A stretch of 64,000 bases of DNA from Squalus acanthias. Its lineage: Eukaryota. The stretch lies in contig CM059431.1 in the NCBI GenBank assembly GCA_030390025.1, positions 156,800,001 through 156,864,000 of the forward strand. The letters run 5' to 3'. The number at the start of each line of letters is the position of its first letter. The first letter of the stretch is position 1. A model generated the notes under the pieces. It did not search any database. It saw only the letters and a list, made by a program, of their open reading frames with translations, and was not told the DNA's origin. Positions 13,656-27,383 of this stretch are shown here, piece by piece. The translations under genes were made by a program, and so were the position numbers.

Positions 13656-14375
13656 CATCCAATGTTTCTAAGTGGTTTGTCTCTGTGCCAATTCGCGCGT
13701 GGCTCAGGTAAAAATTTGCTTTTCAATTTGTACCCTAGCTCCTCCAACCTCCTCAGCAGAACTTCATCCCTAATTATGCCTGTTTCGTTGTTCCGACTCA
13801 AAACATTACTATTGGAACCTCCTCGCCCTGCTCCAAATTCTTCGCCAGTCACGAGGAGATGTCCTTAATCCTGGCACCGGGCAAACAACAGAGCCTTCTG
13901 GACTGTTGGTCATGGCTGCAGAGAGCAGGATCTATCCCGTGAATTCTACTAGCCCCTACAACTACTATATTGATTTTCGCTCCCTCCCCTGCACTGTAAT
14001 GCCAGCTGTACCACGGTACCGAGTTCAATTTGCCCATTCACCGTGCAATATTTAATCGCCTCCACACCGGTACCTGTTCGAACAGGACAAAATCTAAGGC
14101 TCCTTCAACACTGCCTCTGAAGTCCCCTTACCTGTTTGAATCGAATGCACATCCTCATTTTCTGTCTACTAACCACATGTGAACCACTACCTAACCTAAG
14201 GCTGTGGCTTTCTCTTGGGTCTAAGTGACATCTCCCCCTGCATGGCACATCACAATGTCTGCACCTTAGACTCCAGCTCAACAACTCTAATCCGACGTTT
14301 TTCGAGTGAGACAATCTTACTGCAGATGTGGTTGTCCAGGTTCACGCTGATTCCACAAAATCCCACATGCTGCAG
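13656..14375 (-). mobile_element. CR1 ORF1 (SGNH esterase) fragment
   Basis: VVVGASRIHG...LCCLPGARIKDISS; EELGYKLKSK; PEPRANW. Confidence 0.75.
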
Positions 14376-14384
14376 ATAAACAGG

Positions 14385-17300
14385 GCACGCAGCATACTAT
14401 AGAAAGAGCTAAGCGATGCTAAACCAATGGATCAGGTCAAAGCTCTGCAGTCCTGCAACTTCCAATTGTGAATGGTTTTCGATATGTAAACAAGTAGCGG
14501 TAGATGGAGTCTTTGTCAGCTTCCCCATCCTAAATGATGGCGGACGATAGCATGATGGTTATATTACTGGACTAGCAATTCAGAGGCCTGGACTAATGAT
14601 CCAGATTATAGGTAGTTCATATCCAAAAAGGGAGCTGTGGAATTTAAATTAAGTTAATTAAAACAAATATGGAATTAAAAAGCCAGTATGAGTAATGGTG
14701 ACCAAGAAACTACCGGATTGTCGTAACAACCCACCTGGTTCAATAATGTCCTTCATGGAAGGTAATCTGCCGTCTGGCCAATATGTGATTCGAGAGAGAG
14801 TACAAGAGTTAACGTTTCTTCCGAGCTGGAAAACGTTGGAGATATAATAGGTTTTAAGCAAGTACAGAGGCAGGGAAAGGTTTATCCTGAAAAGCGCCCC
14901 TCGCTGACATTTGGGGACGTGTGCCAAAATTGGGAGAGCTGACCCACAGACTAGTCAAGCAAGAACCCTGTCATAATCATAATCACAGTATTATACCTTT
15001 CAGGCAACGCCCCGGATTCCTCCAGCACGATCCCTGAGTATGTCCTGTCCCACCGCAGGACGCACCCAACCGCGTTGGCGGCACAGTGGTTCATAGTCAG
15101 GAGACTGTTGACCTGGGAGTACTCAACATTGACTCTCGACCCCATGGAGTATCATGGCATCAGGTCAAGCATGTGCAACGAAACCTCCTGCTGATTATCA
15201 CCTACCGCCTTACCTTAGCTGATGAATCCTCCAAGTTGAATACCACTTGGAGGAAGCACTGAGGATAGGAATAGTACAGAACCTACTCTGGGTATAAGAT
15301 TTCAATGTCGACCACGAAGAATGGCTCGGACGCGCCACTACTGACCTAGCTGGCCGAGTCCTGAAGGATGTAGCTGCAGTCTACGGCAGGTGGCGACAGA
15401 ATCAACACGAGGGGAAAAGAAGGACTTGACCCCGTCCTCGCCAACCTACCTGTCGTAAATGCATCTGGCTAGGACAGTATTGGTAACAATGACCACCGCA
15501 CAGTCATTGTGGTGACGAGGTCCCGTCATGAAACTGAGGAAACCCTCCATCATGTTGTGTGGTAGTACCGCAGTGCTAAATGGGATAGGTTCAGAACAGA
15601 TCTAGCAGCTCAAAGCTTGGCATCTATGAGGCGCTGTGGTCCATCAGCAGCAGCGGAATTGTATTCCACCACAATCTGTAAAGTCACGGCCCAGCATATC
15701 CCTAACTCTGCGATTACTGTCAAGCCAGGGGACCAACTTTGGGTCAATGGGGAGTGTAGAAGAGCATGCCAGGAGCAGCACCAGGCGTGCCTAAAAATCG
15801 GTTACAATCTGGTGCAGCTTCAACACCGGGCAGCATAAGTGTTAAACGCGCAAGCACTAGGCTATAGAAAGAATTAAGCGATACCACAACGAACGGATGA
15901 TATCAATGCTCTGCAGTCCCATTGTATCCAGTAGTGAATAACGATGGAAAATTAAACAACTAGGAGCAGACGCCAAGAACATCCCCTTTCAATCATGGTG
16001 GGGCTCAGCAGATGATTGCAAAATGCAAGGCTGAGTCGTTCGCAACCATCTCCTCATACGTGCCGAGGCGATGATCCATATTGATCTCCTCCTGAGGTCA
16101 CCGCCATCAGAGAAGCCAGTCCTCAGTCGCCAGTCCACAGCCAATTCCATTCACTCCACGTGATATTAAAGAACGGCTGAGCGCACTGAATACAGCAATG
16201 GCGAGAGGCAGCTGAATGCTGTGGTGCTGAATACTTGTGCTCCAAAATTGGACGTGCCTATAGCCAAGTTGTACAGTTCAGTACAGCTACAATAATGGCA
16301 TTTACCCGACAATGTGGAAAACTGCACATGTATGTCCTGTCTCAAAACGCAGGACAAATCCAATCCAGACAATTACCGCCCCATCACACTACTCTTAATC
16401 ATCTGCAAAGTGATGGAATATTTCGTCGACAGTGCTATCAAGCGGCAATTACTCACCAATAACGTGCTCAGGACAGCTCGGCTGCAGACATCATTACAGC
16501 CTTGGTCTAAACATGGATAAAAGCGCTGAATTCCGGAAGTGAGATGAGAGTGATTAACCTTGACAAAAAGGCAGCATTTGACCGAGTATGGTATCAAAGA
16601 GCCCGAGTAAAATTGAAGTCATGGTTAATCAGGGGAAATCTCTCCTCCGGCTGGATTCATACGTAACACGAAGGAAGATGTTTGTGGTTTTTGGAGGCCA
16701 ATCATCTCAGCCCCAGGAGATCACTGCAGGAGTTCCTCAGGGCAGTGACATATACCCTAATATCTTCAGCTGCTTCATCAATGAAATTCTCTCCATCATA
16801 TGATCAGAAGTGGGGATGTTCGCTGATGATTGCACAGTGTTCAGTTCCATTCGCTATTCCTCAGATAGTGAGGCTGTCTACGCATGCATGCAGCAAAACC
16901 TGGACGACATTCAGGCTTGCGCTAAGTGGCAAGTAATATTCGTGCCACACAAGTTCCAGGCAACGAATATCTCCAACAAGAGACGTCTAACCGCCACCTC
17001 ATGAAAATCAATGGCATTACCATCTTGGGGGTGACCAGTGACGAGAAAATTAACTGGACCAGCCACGTAAATATGTGGGTAAAAGAGCAGGTCAGAGGCT
17101 GGCTATTCTGTGGCGATTCAGGAGTGTGATGGATAATATCCTTCAATTGCCTGAATGAATGCAACTCTAACAACACTCAAGAAACTCGTCATAAAAAATA
17201 CAAAGCAGCCCGCTTGATTGGCACCCAGTCCAGAAACTTAAACTGCACTCCGTCCCCCACCGGCGTACCATGGCTGCAGTGCATACCATCTAAAAGATGC

Positions 17301-17635
17301 ACTGCAGCTCGCCAGCGCTTCTTCGACAGCACCGTCCAAACCGGCGAGCTCCACAGTCGAGAAGTGCAACGGCAGCAGGCAATGGGAAAACCATCACCTC
17401 CAAGTTCCCCTCCAAGTCACGTAACATCCGGACTTTCAAATATGCCATCGTTCCTCGGCGTCGCTGGATAAAAATCCTGGAACTCCCTCCATAACACACT
17501 GTGGGAGTACCTCCACCACATGGACTGCAGCAGTTCAAGAAGGCAGCTCAGCACCACCTTCTCAAGGGCAATTAGGGTCTTACAATAAATGCTGGTCTTA
17601 CCAGTGACGCCCAGATCACAGTAGCGAATGGAAGT
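14385..17635 (+). mobile_element. RTEX-like (RTE-X) LINE, decayed, with a tRNA-like 5' head at ~14550-14790 and an older fragment at 14385-14550
   Basis: NPDNYRPITLL, AFDRVW, GVPQGS, MFADDCT; 3' end CAATAAATGCTGGTCTTACCAGTGACGCCC; clade assignment from recognition only. Confidence 0.7.
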
Positions 17636-17649
17636 ATGTAATTGGGCCT

Positions 17650-18345
17650 GTAGATGTGTTATGCATAGCGTCATAGTAATCTGGGCTATTGAGCCCGCAG
17701 CAGGACAGAATACCCTGAGGAAATTGGGTCTGTAGAAGCTGAGTATACCTTGGGCTATGCAGAGGTTGAGAGTACCTGGACTATTGCATCTGTAGTTGGT
17801 TTGAATGCCGTGGGTTATGTAGAGGACCAGATTAGCTTGCTATATTGTTCCTGCAGAGGTTCAGAGTAGCCAACAATTACGAACCTGCAGAGCCACAGAC
17901 TCCCGTCATCTACAGAGAATCAGTGTGGCCTAGGCTACGGAAATGAGGAGGGACAGAATACCCTGGACTATTGAAGCTGTAGAGGGTCAGAATACCTGCG
18001 GCTATTGGGACTGCAGAAGCTCAGAGTAGCTTGGGCCATAGGGCTGCTAGGGTATAAGAGTAACCTGGGCAATCGAGCCTGCAGGGGCGCTAAGTACCAT
18101 GTGTATGGAGTTTGTGAGGACCCTGGTCTATGCAAAGGGACAGAGTGCCCTGGGCTATGCAGATGATCAGAGTTTCCTCGGCTATTGCTTTGTAGAGGGC
18201 CAGAGTACCATGGGCAATATACAGGTTCAGATGTCATGGAATCATGGGTATGTAGAGGTTTAGAGTACCCTGTGATATAGGGCCACATAATAGCAGAGCA
18301 CCCTGGGCTATGGAGCCTACAGAGGAGACGGGTATCCTGGACCAG
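17650..18345. repeat. Degenerate satellite, ~35-bp unit (CTGGGCTATTGGGCCTGYAGAGGGTCAGAGTACC) with ~26-27-bp variants
   Basis: Recurring GGGCTA / CAGAGTACC motifs; same family as 39900-45410 and 48655-49470. Confidence 0.85.
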
Positions 18346-18744
18346 GCAACGTTAGTTGGCAACCAGTTGGGAGAGGCACCAGATGTTTCCAGGTGCGCCC
18401 ATTTTGTAGAGGGGCTTTAAAGCAGCCATGCCTCCTTCTCATGATCACTATCTCGTTGCCACTGCTTAAAAGAGCAATTGAGTTGCTGTCATTCCGGAAT
18501 CCATCGTCTGGAATTTACTCTCCCTCACAGAACATGTGGTGTAGTCTAACACTAAAGAACACTCTGAAGAGGGACTGCACGTGTTTCTGCTTCAGTTGGA
18601 TCGGGGATATTTGGTGATAAATTGAACTTTTGAGTTGAGGGGAGGAAACAACATAAAGGTGTATGTGTGTATATTTTGGCCCGCTGTTGGTGAGGGTCCA
18701 TCTTTCCAGAGACTTCAGGACATTTTCGACGCCGGCACTTCAGC

Positions 18745-18915
18745 GTACTGTTCAATACATCGGACAGAACTCCCCAGCTCTTCTTACAAATTGTGCCATT
18801 GTTTCATTCAATTCCAGCTGAGAAGGGATATCTGGCCTCGATTTAATAGCTAATCCAAGAGATGGCACCTCAGACAGTGCAGCGCTCACTCAGTACTGTG
18901 CTGAGGTGTCAGCAA
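18745..18915 (-). mobile_element. Deu-domain SINE remnant (SacSINE1/AmnSINE-like)
   Basis: Minus strand reads CAGTACTGAGTGAGCGCTGCACTGTCTGAGGTGCCATCT...ATGGCACAATTTGTAAGAAGAG; paralogous to 51775-51945. Confidence 0.7.
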
Positions 18916-19789
18916 ATATACATCGCACCCCGTCGGTAGCCGTATCTCCAAATTGCTACAATATTACCGCGAAGAACTCGCCTCTGAGTCATTTCTACAA
19001 TTGAACTCACAGACGTACAGGCTGTATCTACAAGACACTTCGTGTAACTCAGGAAGATGCACCACCTGTAACTCCTGTTTCTCTCTGTCAGACCTGCAGG
19101 ATCAGTTTATTTACACTTCATTTGTGTCCTGAGCTGTCTAGCACTGGCTATTGAATGACCACATTCTGAACAGTGCGATCCACAATCCCTATCGACCTTG
19201 CATTAATAAATCAGTGCACGCAAATGTAACTCAATCTCCATTGCAAATGTCGTTTATTTTATTATTATTTCAATAATTTTTGGATTAGATGTTTTTGTAA
19301 TATATAAAACAATGTTATGTCTCTATGCAGGAACATTATACATTCTGATGTCCATTTTTCTAATTGACGCTGTGGATATCGTTCTTAAACTTTAATTACA
19401 CCCTCTGCCCTTTGGCGGCGCGGCAGCACCTTCCGATTATATTGTCCGACTCCATGCAAAGAAATCCCTTGGCATAAGTGAAGTCTTAATGTTGTTATTA
19501 TGTATCAAATGTAATGTGAAATAAAAATATTAATATAAAAATAAGGACAGAATGCACGCTTTTAAAATTGGGACTGAATTACATCTCTCCACCCCTGCTA
19601 ATAACACCTGTTCACTTCTGCAATTCGACTTCTCAACAACATTCTTGCCTCTGAGTAAGAAGGTGCAGAGTTCCAACGTCAATCGCAGCGAGCTGAGACC
19701 TAAGTTAAGGCTCTGAATTCTGTGACAACATCTAGCGGGATACTGCTCATTGAATAGCAGAACCATTACCGGTAGCTGCTGTCGTAAAA

Positions 19790-20160
19790 AAATTGGAGCA
19801 GTGGCTATGATGTAAAATTGTTGAACTCAGTGTTGAGTCCGGAAGGTGGCAAAGTGCATAATCAAAACATGATGTGCTATTCCTCCAGCTTCTGATGAGC
19901 TTCATTGCCCGAGTACAAAGAGGTCACAGTGAGATGGAGAATTAAAATGGCAATCAACCGGAAGTTCAGGGTCACACTTGCGGATTGAGCAGGAGTGTTC
20001 CCCAAAGCGATTACTGATTGTGCACTTGGACTCCCCAATGTAGTGGAGATCACATTCTGAACAGGGAATACAGTATAATGAATTGAAAGAAGTACTAGTG
20101 TATCTCTGTTTAGCCTGGAAGTAGTACTTGTGTCACTGGAAATTGGTAAGGGAGGAAATG
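19790..20160 (-). mobile_element. Penelope-like element GIY-YIG fragment
   Basis: Minus strand translates LYCIPCSECDLHYIGESK, homologous to the C-terminus of ORF 49491-51059. Confidence 0.75.
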
Positions 20161-20627
20161 GGTCTACTGAGCTGATTTATGTTATTTGTTCTCTTTGGAG
20201 CACGTCCCGACAACCTGTTGAAAAACGAAACTGATTTTATAGAGTAGGACCTAATTAATATATTTGCAAAAAACAATCTTCATAATAAGCAATTAGTTAT
20301 CGTGCAATTACAGTCAAATGATCCGATACATTGACCGACTTCAAAATTTTCAGTCCTTCTGCAGAGATTGATTGTTTGTCAAACTGAAAAATATTAAAAT
20401 AACGGGAAAAAAGTATTGATAATGAGTGGAATCTGCCGTTCACTGTCAGCACTGATATTATTAAATTCATTCAAAATAAATGTGTTTACTCATGTGAAGG
20501 AGATAAATTCGCCACAAAATAATGATTTCATTTTTCCCATATCTAGTCCATTCACATTAAAATATCGAAAATACATTTTACACGTGAAAGAAGATTTAAT
20601 TAATCAATAGATAACACGGAAACTCAC

Positions 20628-20819
20628 CTGATTTCCTTGAGATTAGCTCTACTCTGGATTAGACGGCGCATTGACGGAACACACTTGTCAGTCAGTCTGT
20701 TGGCCTCATCGTCATCCTGATCATCGTTACTCAGATCCAGTTTGATCAGTGAACCATTTTCACGGAGGGCAGAGACCAGATTTTCCACACAATCTTCTGT
20801 GAAATCGTTAGATTTTAAT
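20628..20819 (-). pseudogene. NLR copy 1, LRR exon (192 nt)
   Basis: cag|...|gtgag boundaries; LKSNDFTEDCVENLVSALRENGSLIKLDLSN...LKEI; paralogue of 55481-55672. Confidence 0.88.
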
Positions 20820-21086
20820 CTGCAGTGACATAAAAATAAACAGAAATTATATAAAACGCTCACACGTTAAAATATACGCCACTTGCTAATAATTACTGTG
20901 AAATTCCAGAATCGCTGTAAAAACCTTTTCATGATATGTGCATTTTCTTCCTGTTTCTAAATTATTTCCGTCTTAATATAAATTGAACAGTGAGTTGCCT
21001 GATCATCATTCACACACTAATTAGAATTATTAGATAGAAATAACTTTCTAGTTGTGCTGTTCGATATATTAAACATAATTACTCAC

Positions 21087-21173
21087 TCAAGTGTCTGTAT
21101 TTTACAATCATTTTTATTTAGAATGGCAGAGAGCCGTTTCACTCTCGAATCTCGCAACTTATTCTCATTGAGT
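21087..21173 (-). pseudogene. NLR copy 1, LRR exon (87 nt)
   Basis: tag|...|gtgag; LNENKLRDSRVKRLSAILNKNDCKIQTL; paralogue of 55943-56029. Confidence 0.88.
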
Positions 21174-21884
21174 CTAAACACAAATAATCAAAATCAGTAA
21201 TTAATTGGTAGCAATGCCACAGATATAAATATTCATAATTAAATAACACATTTAACTTGGGACAGTTTGGGCATTCAAGACGCGAATATAAGACCCTTAA
21301 TTCAAATTCAAATCTGTTATTTGCATTTAATTATTTAGATATAGCGCATGCGGTCAAATCAGTGACGATCACAAAGTGTAGTTGTTTTACCGGAAGTTAC
21401 TCTAATGCCCGTGGTCATGATTTAACCATAGATTATAAAATGATTACATTTAAAGTAGGCACTGAGTGGTTCGCAGTTTAAATGCTGTAAACTCGTGGTC
21501 TGTAACGAAGAGGAATCCACAACAAATGTCTCTCACAGAACGATTTTCTACATTAATAGGCGAATTTAGGGTAAAATTAGAGACCATCCCTTTAATCTTG
21601 TCTCTATTTTAGGAAAGACATCTATTTGATGCATTGAGGTTCACAAATGCCGTTAAATCATCCCCAAGTCTATTGGATAATCCACTGATGGGGATTGTAA
21701 CAGATCGCTCGAATGTGCATCAGAGCAGGTGGAGTGACATTCCCTCTCACCTTTCTTCCTCCGAACCTCTGATGATGCCCTGGCACAGCAGTGCGGCTGG
21801 AAAGAGTACTCAGAATTTGAGGTATCGCAGACGCGAACTCACATTTAACTGATGACACCGATTTAAGGTGATTGTCTAAAAAGC

Positions 21885-22140
21885 CAGTGGTGACATGTGG
21901 AAAATCATGGAGCGAGTTGTTATGATCTGGAATGTTCTGCCTGAAAGGCTGGTCGAAGCAGATTCAAAAGTAGCTTTCAAATGGAATTGTATAAATACAT
22001 AAAGGGGTTAATATGCAGGGCTCTGGGGAAAGAGCAGGGGAGTGTGCCTAATTGGAAAGGTCATTCGAAAAACCGGCACAGACACGATGGCCTGAACGGC
22101 CTCCTTCTATAGTGTAAGACTCTTTGAATCTGTGAAATGG
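21885..22140 (+). mobile_element. Old CR1 3'-end fragment in an NLR intron
   Basis: CR1 3' UTR-like sequence present at the same intronic position in copy 2 (56860-57185). Confidence 0.7.
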
Positions 22141-22495
22141 TTTGTTTTTCCCAATAGCGATATAATATATCATGATTAAAGGGTAGGGGAGTATATTTTA
22201 CTGATTAATCCAGATTCCCGCCTGGTGCGAAGAGGGAGCTGGATTCGGATGTATTATTGCCAACCTCAAACCTGATCTTATTAATTGAGTACCACAGCAC
22301 TTCCATGTATTACCCGAGCAGACACTCCGATGCCGTCTCTTACGGTTCAATTTCGCAAAGCAGAGAGTGGAATGAGAGATTGTTCCCATTAATTGAACGA
22401 ATTCAATCTATGTTTTTGCTTTTACCTAATATTATCCCAGAAGCCAGTAAAAAAATAATTGCTGATAATGCTAATTAACGGTTTCGGTGAATTAC

Positions 22496-25400
22496 CAGAG
22501 CGTTTTACATTTGTGTAGCACGAGAACTTTGTGGATTACTCATTTAGTGAGTTAAACACACCGCGGGTAAAGGCTAGGTCAGACAGTAAATGGGTGACCA
22601 AGAGGCAGGGCAATATCAGGAAGGTAGTGCAGGAGTCCCCTGCGGTCGTCTCCCTCCAAAACAGATATACCGTTTTGGATACTGTTGGGGGAAATGACCT
22701 ACCAGGGGAAGGCACCAGCAGCCAGCTTAATGGCACCATGGCTGGCTCTGCTGCACAGCAGGGCGGGAAAAAGAGTGGTAGTGCTATAATGATAGGGGAC
22801 TCAATTATAAGGGGAATAGACAGGAGTTTCTGTGGCCGCAACCGAGATTCCAGGATGGTATTTTGCCTCCCTGGTGCAAGGGTCAAGGATGTCTTGGAGC
22901 GGCTGCAGAACATTCTGGAAAGGGAGGGTGAAGAGCCAGTTGTCGTGGTGCATGTAGGTACCAACGATATAGGTAAAAAGCGGGAAGATGTCCTACAAGC
23001 AGAATATAGGGAGCTGGGAGCTAAATTGAAAAGTAGGACCTGAAAGGTAGTAATCTCTGGGTTGCTACCAGTGCCACGTGCTAATCAGAGTAGCATGAAC
23101 AGGATAGCGAGATTAAATACGTGGCTTGAGCAGTGGTGCAGGAGGGAGGGATTCAAATACCTGAGGCATTGGAACCAGATCTGGGGGAAGAGGGACCTGT
23201 ACAAAAGGCACGGTCTGCACTTGGGCAGGACTGGAACCGATGTCCTCGGGGTAATATTTGCTAAGGCAGTTCGGGAGGATTTAAACTAATATGGCAGGGG
23301 AATGGGAACCTATGTAGCGAAACAGGGGGAAGTAATATGCAGTCAGAAACAAATGTTAGAAGGGTGAGAAACAATAAAGGAAATCCGAGTAAACAAAGGC
23401 AAGAAACACAAAGGGCCATACTAAATCATAAGTCTAAAAGGACAAAGGGTGTTAATAAAACATGCCTAAAGGCTCTGTGTCTTAATGCAAGGAGTATCCG
23501 TAATAAGGTGGATGAATTGACTGTGCAAATTGATGTTAACGGATATGATGTGATTGGGATTACAGAGACGTGGCTCCAGAACAATCAAGGCTGGGAACTG
23601 AATATCGAGGGGTATTCAACATTCAGGAAGGATAGAATAAAAGGAAAAGGGGGTGGGGTAGCATTGCTGGTTAAAAAGGAGATTAATGCAATAGCTAGGA
23701 AGGACATTAGCTTGGAGGATGTGGAATCAATATGCGTTGAGCTGCAGAACACCAAAGGGCAGAAAACGTTAGTGGGGGTTGTATACAGATCTCCAAACAG
23801 TAGTAGTGAGTTGGGGGAGGGTATGAAACAGGAAATCAGAGGTGCATGCAAAAAAGGCGCAGCAGTTATCATGGGTGACTTTAATATGCATATAGATTGG
23901 GCTACTCAAACTGGAAGCAATACGGTGGAGGAGGATTTCCTAGATTGTTTATGGGATGGTTTCCTAAACCAATATGTTGAGGAACCAACTAGAGGGGAGG
24001 CCATCCTGGACTGGGTGTTGTGTAATGAGGAAGGACTAATCAGCAATCTTGGGGAAGAGTGACCATAGTATGGTGGAGTTCTACATTAGGATGGAGAAGG
24101 AAACAGTTAATTCAGAGACCATGGTCCAGAACTTAAATAAGGGCAACTTTGAGGGTATGAGGCGTGAATTGGCGAGGTTAGATTGGCAAGCGATATTTAA
24201 GGGGTTATCAGTGGAAGGGCAATGGCAGACATTTAGAGATCGCATGGATGAACTACAGCAATTGTACATCCCTGTCTGGCGTAAAAATAAAAAAGGGAAG
24301 GTGGCTCAAACATGGCTAACAAGGGAAATCAGGGATAGTATTAAAATCAAGGGAGTGGCATACAAATTGGCCAGAAGCAGCAGCAAACCCGGGGACTGGG
24401 AGATCTTTCAAACTCAGCAGAGGAGGACGAAGGGTTTGATTAGGGCAGGGAAAATAAAATATGAAAGGAAGCTTGCGGAGAACATTAAAACGGACTGCAA
24501 AAGCTTCTATAAATATGTAAAAAGAAAGAGGTTAGTAAAAACAAACGTAGGTCCCCTGCAGTCAGAAACAGGGGAAGTCATAATGGGCAACGGGAAATGG
24601 CAGATCAATTGAACAAGTACTTTGGTTCGGTGTTTACTGTGTAGGACACAAACAACCTTCCAAAAATAAAAGAGATCAAAGGATCTGGTAAGAGGGAGGA
24701 GCTGAGGGAAATCCTTATCAGTCGGGAAAAGGTGTTGGGGTAATTGATGGGACTGAAGGCTGATAAATCCCCAGGGCCTGATGGTCTGCATCCCAGAGTA
24801 CTTAAAGAGGTGGCCTTGGAAATAGTGGATGCATTGACGATCATTTTCCAACATTCCTTAGACTCTGGATCAGTTCCCAAGGAGTGGAGGGTGGCTAATG
24901 TAACCCCTCTTTTTAAAAAAGGAGGGAGGGAGAAAGCAGGGAATTATAGACTGGTCAGCCTGACATCGGTGGTGGGTAAAATGATGGAATCAATTATTAA
25001 AGATGTCATAACAGACCATTTGGAAAGTGGCGACTTGATAGGTCCAAGTCAGCATGGATTTGTGAAAGGGAAATCATGCTTGACAAATCTTCTGGAATTT
25101 TTTGAGGATGTTTCCAATAGGGTGGACGGGGGGGAACCAGTAGATGTCGTGTATTTGGACTTTCAGAAGGCCTTCGACAAGGTCTCACACAAGAGATTGG
25201 TGTGCAAAGTTAAAGCATATGGGATTGGGGGTAATGTGTTGACGTGGATTGAGAACTGTTTGGCACACAGGAAACAAAGCGTAGGAGTAAATGGGTACTT
25301 TTCAGAATGGCAGGCAGTGACCAGCGGGGTACCGCAGGGTTCGGTGCTGGGGCCCCAGCTGTTTACATTATATATTAATGATTTGGACGAAGGGATTAAT

Positions 25401-27383
25401 TGTAATATCTCCAAATTTGCGGATGACACTAAATTGGGAGGCAGTGTGAACAATGAGGAGGATGCTAGGAGGCTACAGAGTGACTTGGACAGGTTGGGTG
25501 AATGGGCAAATGTATGGCAGATGAAATACAATGTGGATAAATGTGAGGTTATCCACTTTGGTGGTAAAAATAGGGAGGCAGACTATTACCTGAATGGTGG
25601 CAGAATAGGGAAAGGGGAGGTGCAACGAGACCTGGGCGTCATGGTACATCAGTCACTGAAGGTGGGAAGGCAAGTGCAGCAGGCAGTCAAGAAAGCAAAT
25701 GGCATGATGGCCTTCATAGCAAGGGGATTTGAGTACAGGAGTAGGGAGGTGATGCTACAGTTGTACAGGGCCTTGGTGAGGCCACACCTGGAATATTGTG
25801 TGCAGTTTTGGTCTCCTAACTTGAGGAAGGACATTCTTGCTATTGAGGGAGTGCAATGAAGGTTCACTAGATTGATTCCTGGGATGGCCAGACTGACATA
25901 TCAAGAAAGAGTGGATCAACTGAACTTGTATCCTCTGGAGTTCAGAAGAATGAAGGGGGATCTTATAGAGACGTTTAAAATCCTGGCTGGTTTCGACAAA
26001 TTAGATGCGGGCAGAATGTTTCCAATGTTAGGGAAAACTAAAACCAGGGGACACAGTCTAAGGATAAAGGGGAAGCCATTTAAGACTGAGAAGAGGAGGA
26101 ACTTGTTCACCCAGAGAGTGGTGAATCTGTGGAATTCTCTACCACAGAAGGTTGTTGAGGCCAGTTCGCTAAATAAATTCAAAAGTGAGTTATATAAAAT
26201 ACTCACAACTAGGGGGATCAAGGGGTATGGCGAGAAAGCAGAGATGGGGTACTGAGGTAGCATGTTCAGCCATGATCGCATTGAATGGCGGTGCAGGCTC
26301 GAAGGACCGAATGGTCCATTCCTGCACCTATTTTCTATGTTTCTATGTTTCTATGTTTCAGCTGATGGATGCATTCATCTTGTATCCCACAGGTACTGAG
26401 ATTCAACTCTTCTATCATTTCAACGGCCATTAGTGCGTTTGACAGATCCGCACAGTCAGAAGGTTTAAGTGGACACTGTTTAAATTTCATTGTCTTTATC
26501 GGTATTATTGCGGCCTTCATCAGTTCTATGTCTCCAAATTCAAGAAAATAATGCTATATCTTTAAGAATGTCCTTTGGCTTTGCCCATCTTCCAAGTTCG
26601 GAACACGTCTTTTGTCATGTTCTGTGAGCCAATCCGGCACACACGCGGTTGCTTCAGAAGGAAATTCCCCCAATTTTCTTTAAAGCTGATCAGTTGAATT
26701 CCGTGAGGAGTGACCGACAAGAAAACGTGAAAATATATTGAACCTCTCGTCAGAGCACGTGCACAATTCATTGAGCAATCGTGTCAGCCCATTTCCTGGT
26801 GTGCTGAGTCTTTTCATCAGTGCAGCGACAAAGTCCTGCACGACGGAGTGAGTGAATGTGTAGACAACACTGCACAGACCTTCGTCTCGAATCTCCATCA
26901 TAAACGCAGAGATAAGATTGGAAAGTTCGAGTTGATTTAATTTTTCGGTTTTTAAGACAACGGTTTTCTTACAAATACCCTCGTAGGCCAAAATGTCCAG
27001 TTTCAGCAACATTTCGCGAGAGGTTTCCACGTCACAGCCGCATCTCTCTAAAAGGCTTGTGATGTACGCACAGAACACCTGTCTGCTGGTTGGGACGGAT
27101 AATGGTCTCTCCCGCGATCATTGTGCTCGGTGTGACTCTAATAATGAAGCGAGAACCGAGCAGTACAGAGGATTATAGCACATGGTGCAGAGTGTGTCAT
27201 TCTGCTGAATGCACTCGATTACATCTGTCGCAAATTGTTCAGCTCCAAAATAAAGGCGACAATATTGTTTTATGTTCTCAGAGGTGAAACCCAGGATTTC
27301 GAACCTTTGAATGATGTTTTGCTTTACCAGAGACTCCAGTTTCCACGGACGGCTTGTGATCAGTACTGAGCAGCCTTGGAGCA
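22496..27383 (-). pseudogene. NLR copy 1 NACHT exon remnant (22496-22522 and ~26355-27383), split by a CR1, with its 5' half missing
   Basis: GCSVLITSRP, EILGF, YTFTHSVVQDFVAA align with the copy 2 exon; in-frame stops at ~27118, ~26680 and ~26553; no Walker A/B found in the window for this copy. Confidence 0.9.
22523..26359 (+). mobile_element. Comparatively young CR1 LINE (partial ORF1 esterase, near-complete ORF2 EN-RT with a few stops and frameshifts)
   Basis: [55 protein letters not shown]; tail (TTTCTATG)n. Confidence 0.95.

Noticed and set aside
1033..25867. Numerous 60-180 aa ORFs antisense to CR1 elements
   Set aside because: Shadow frames of LINE coding sequence
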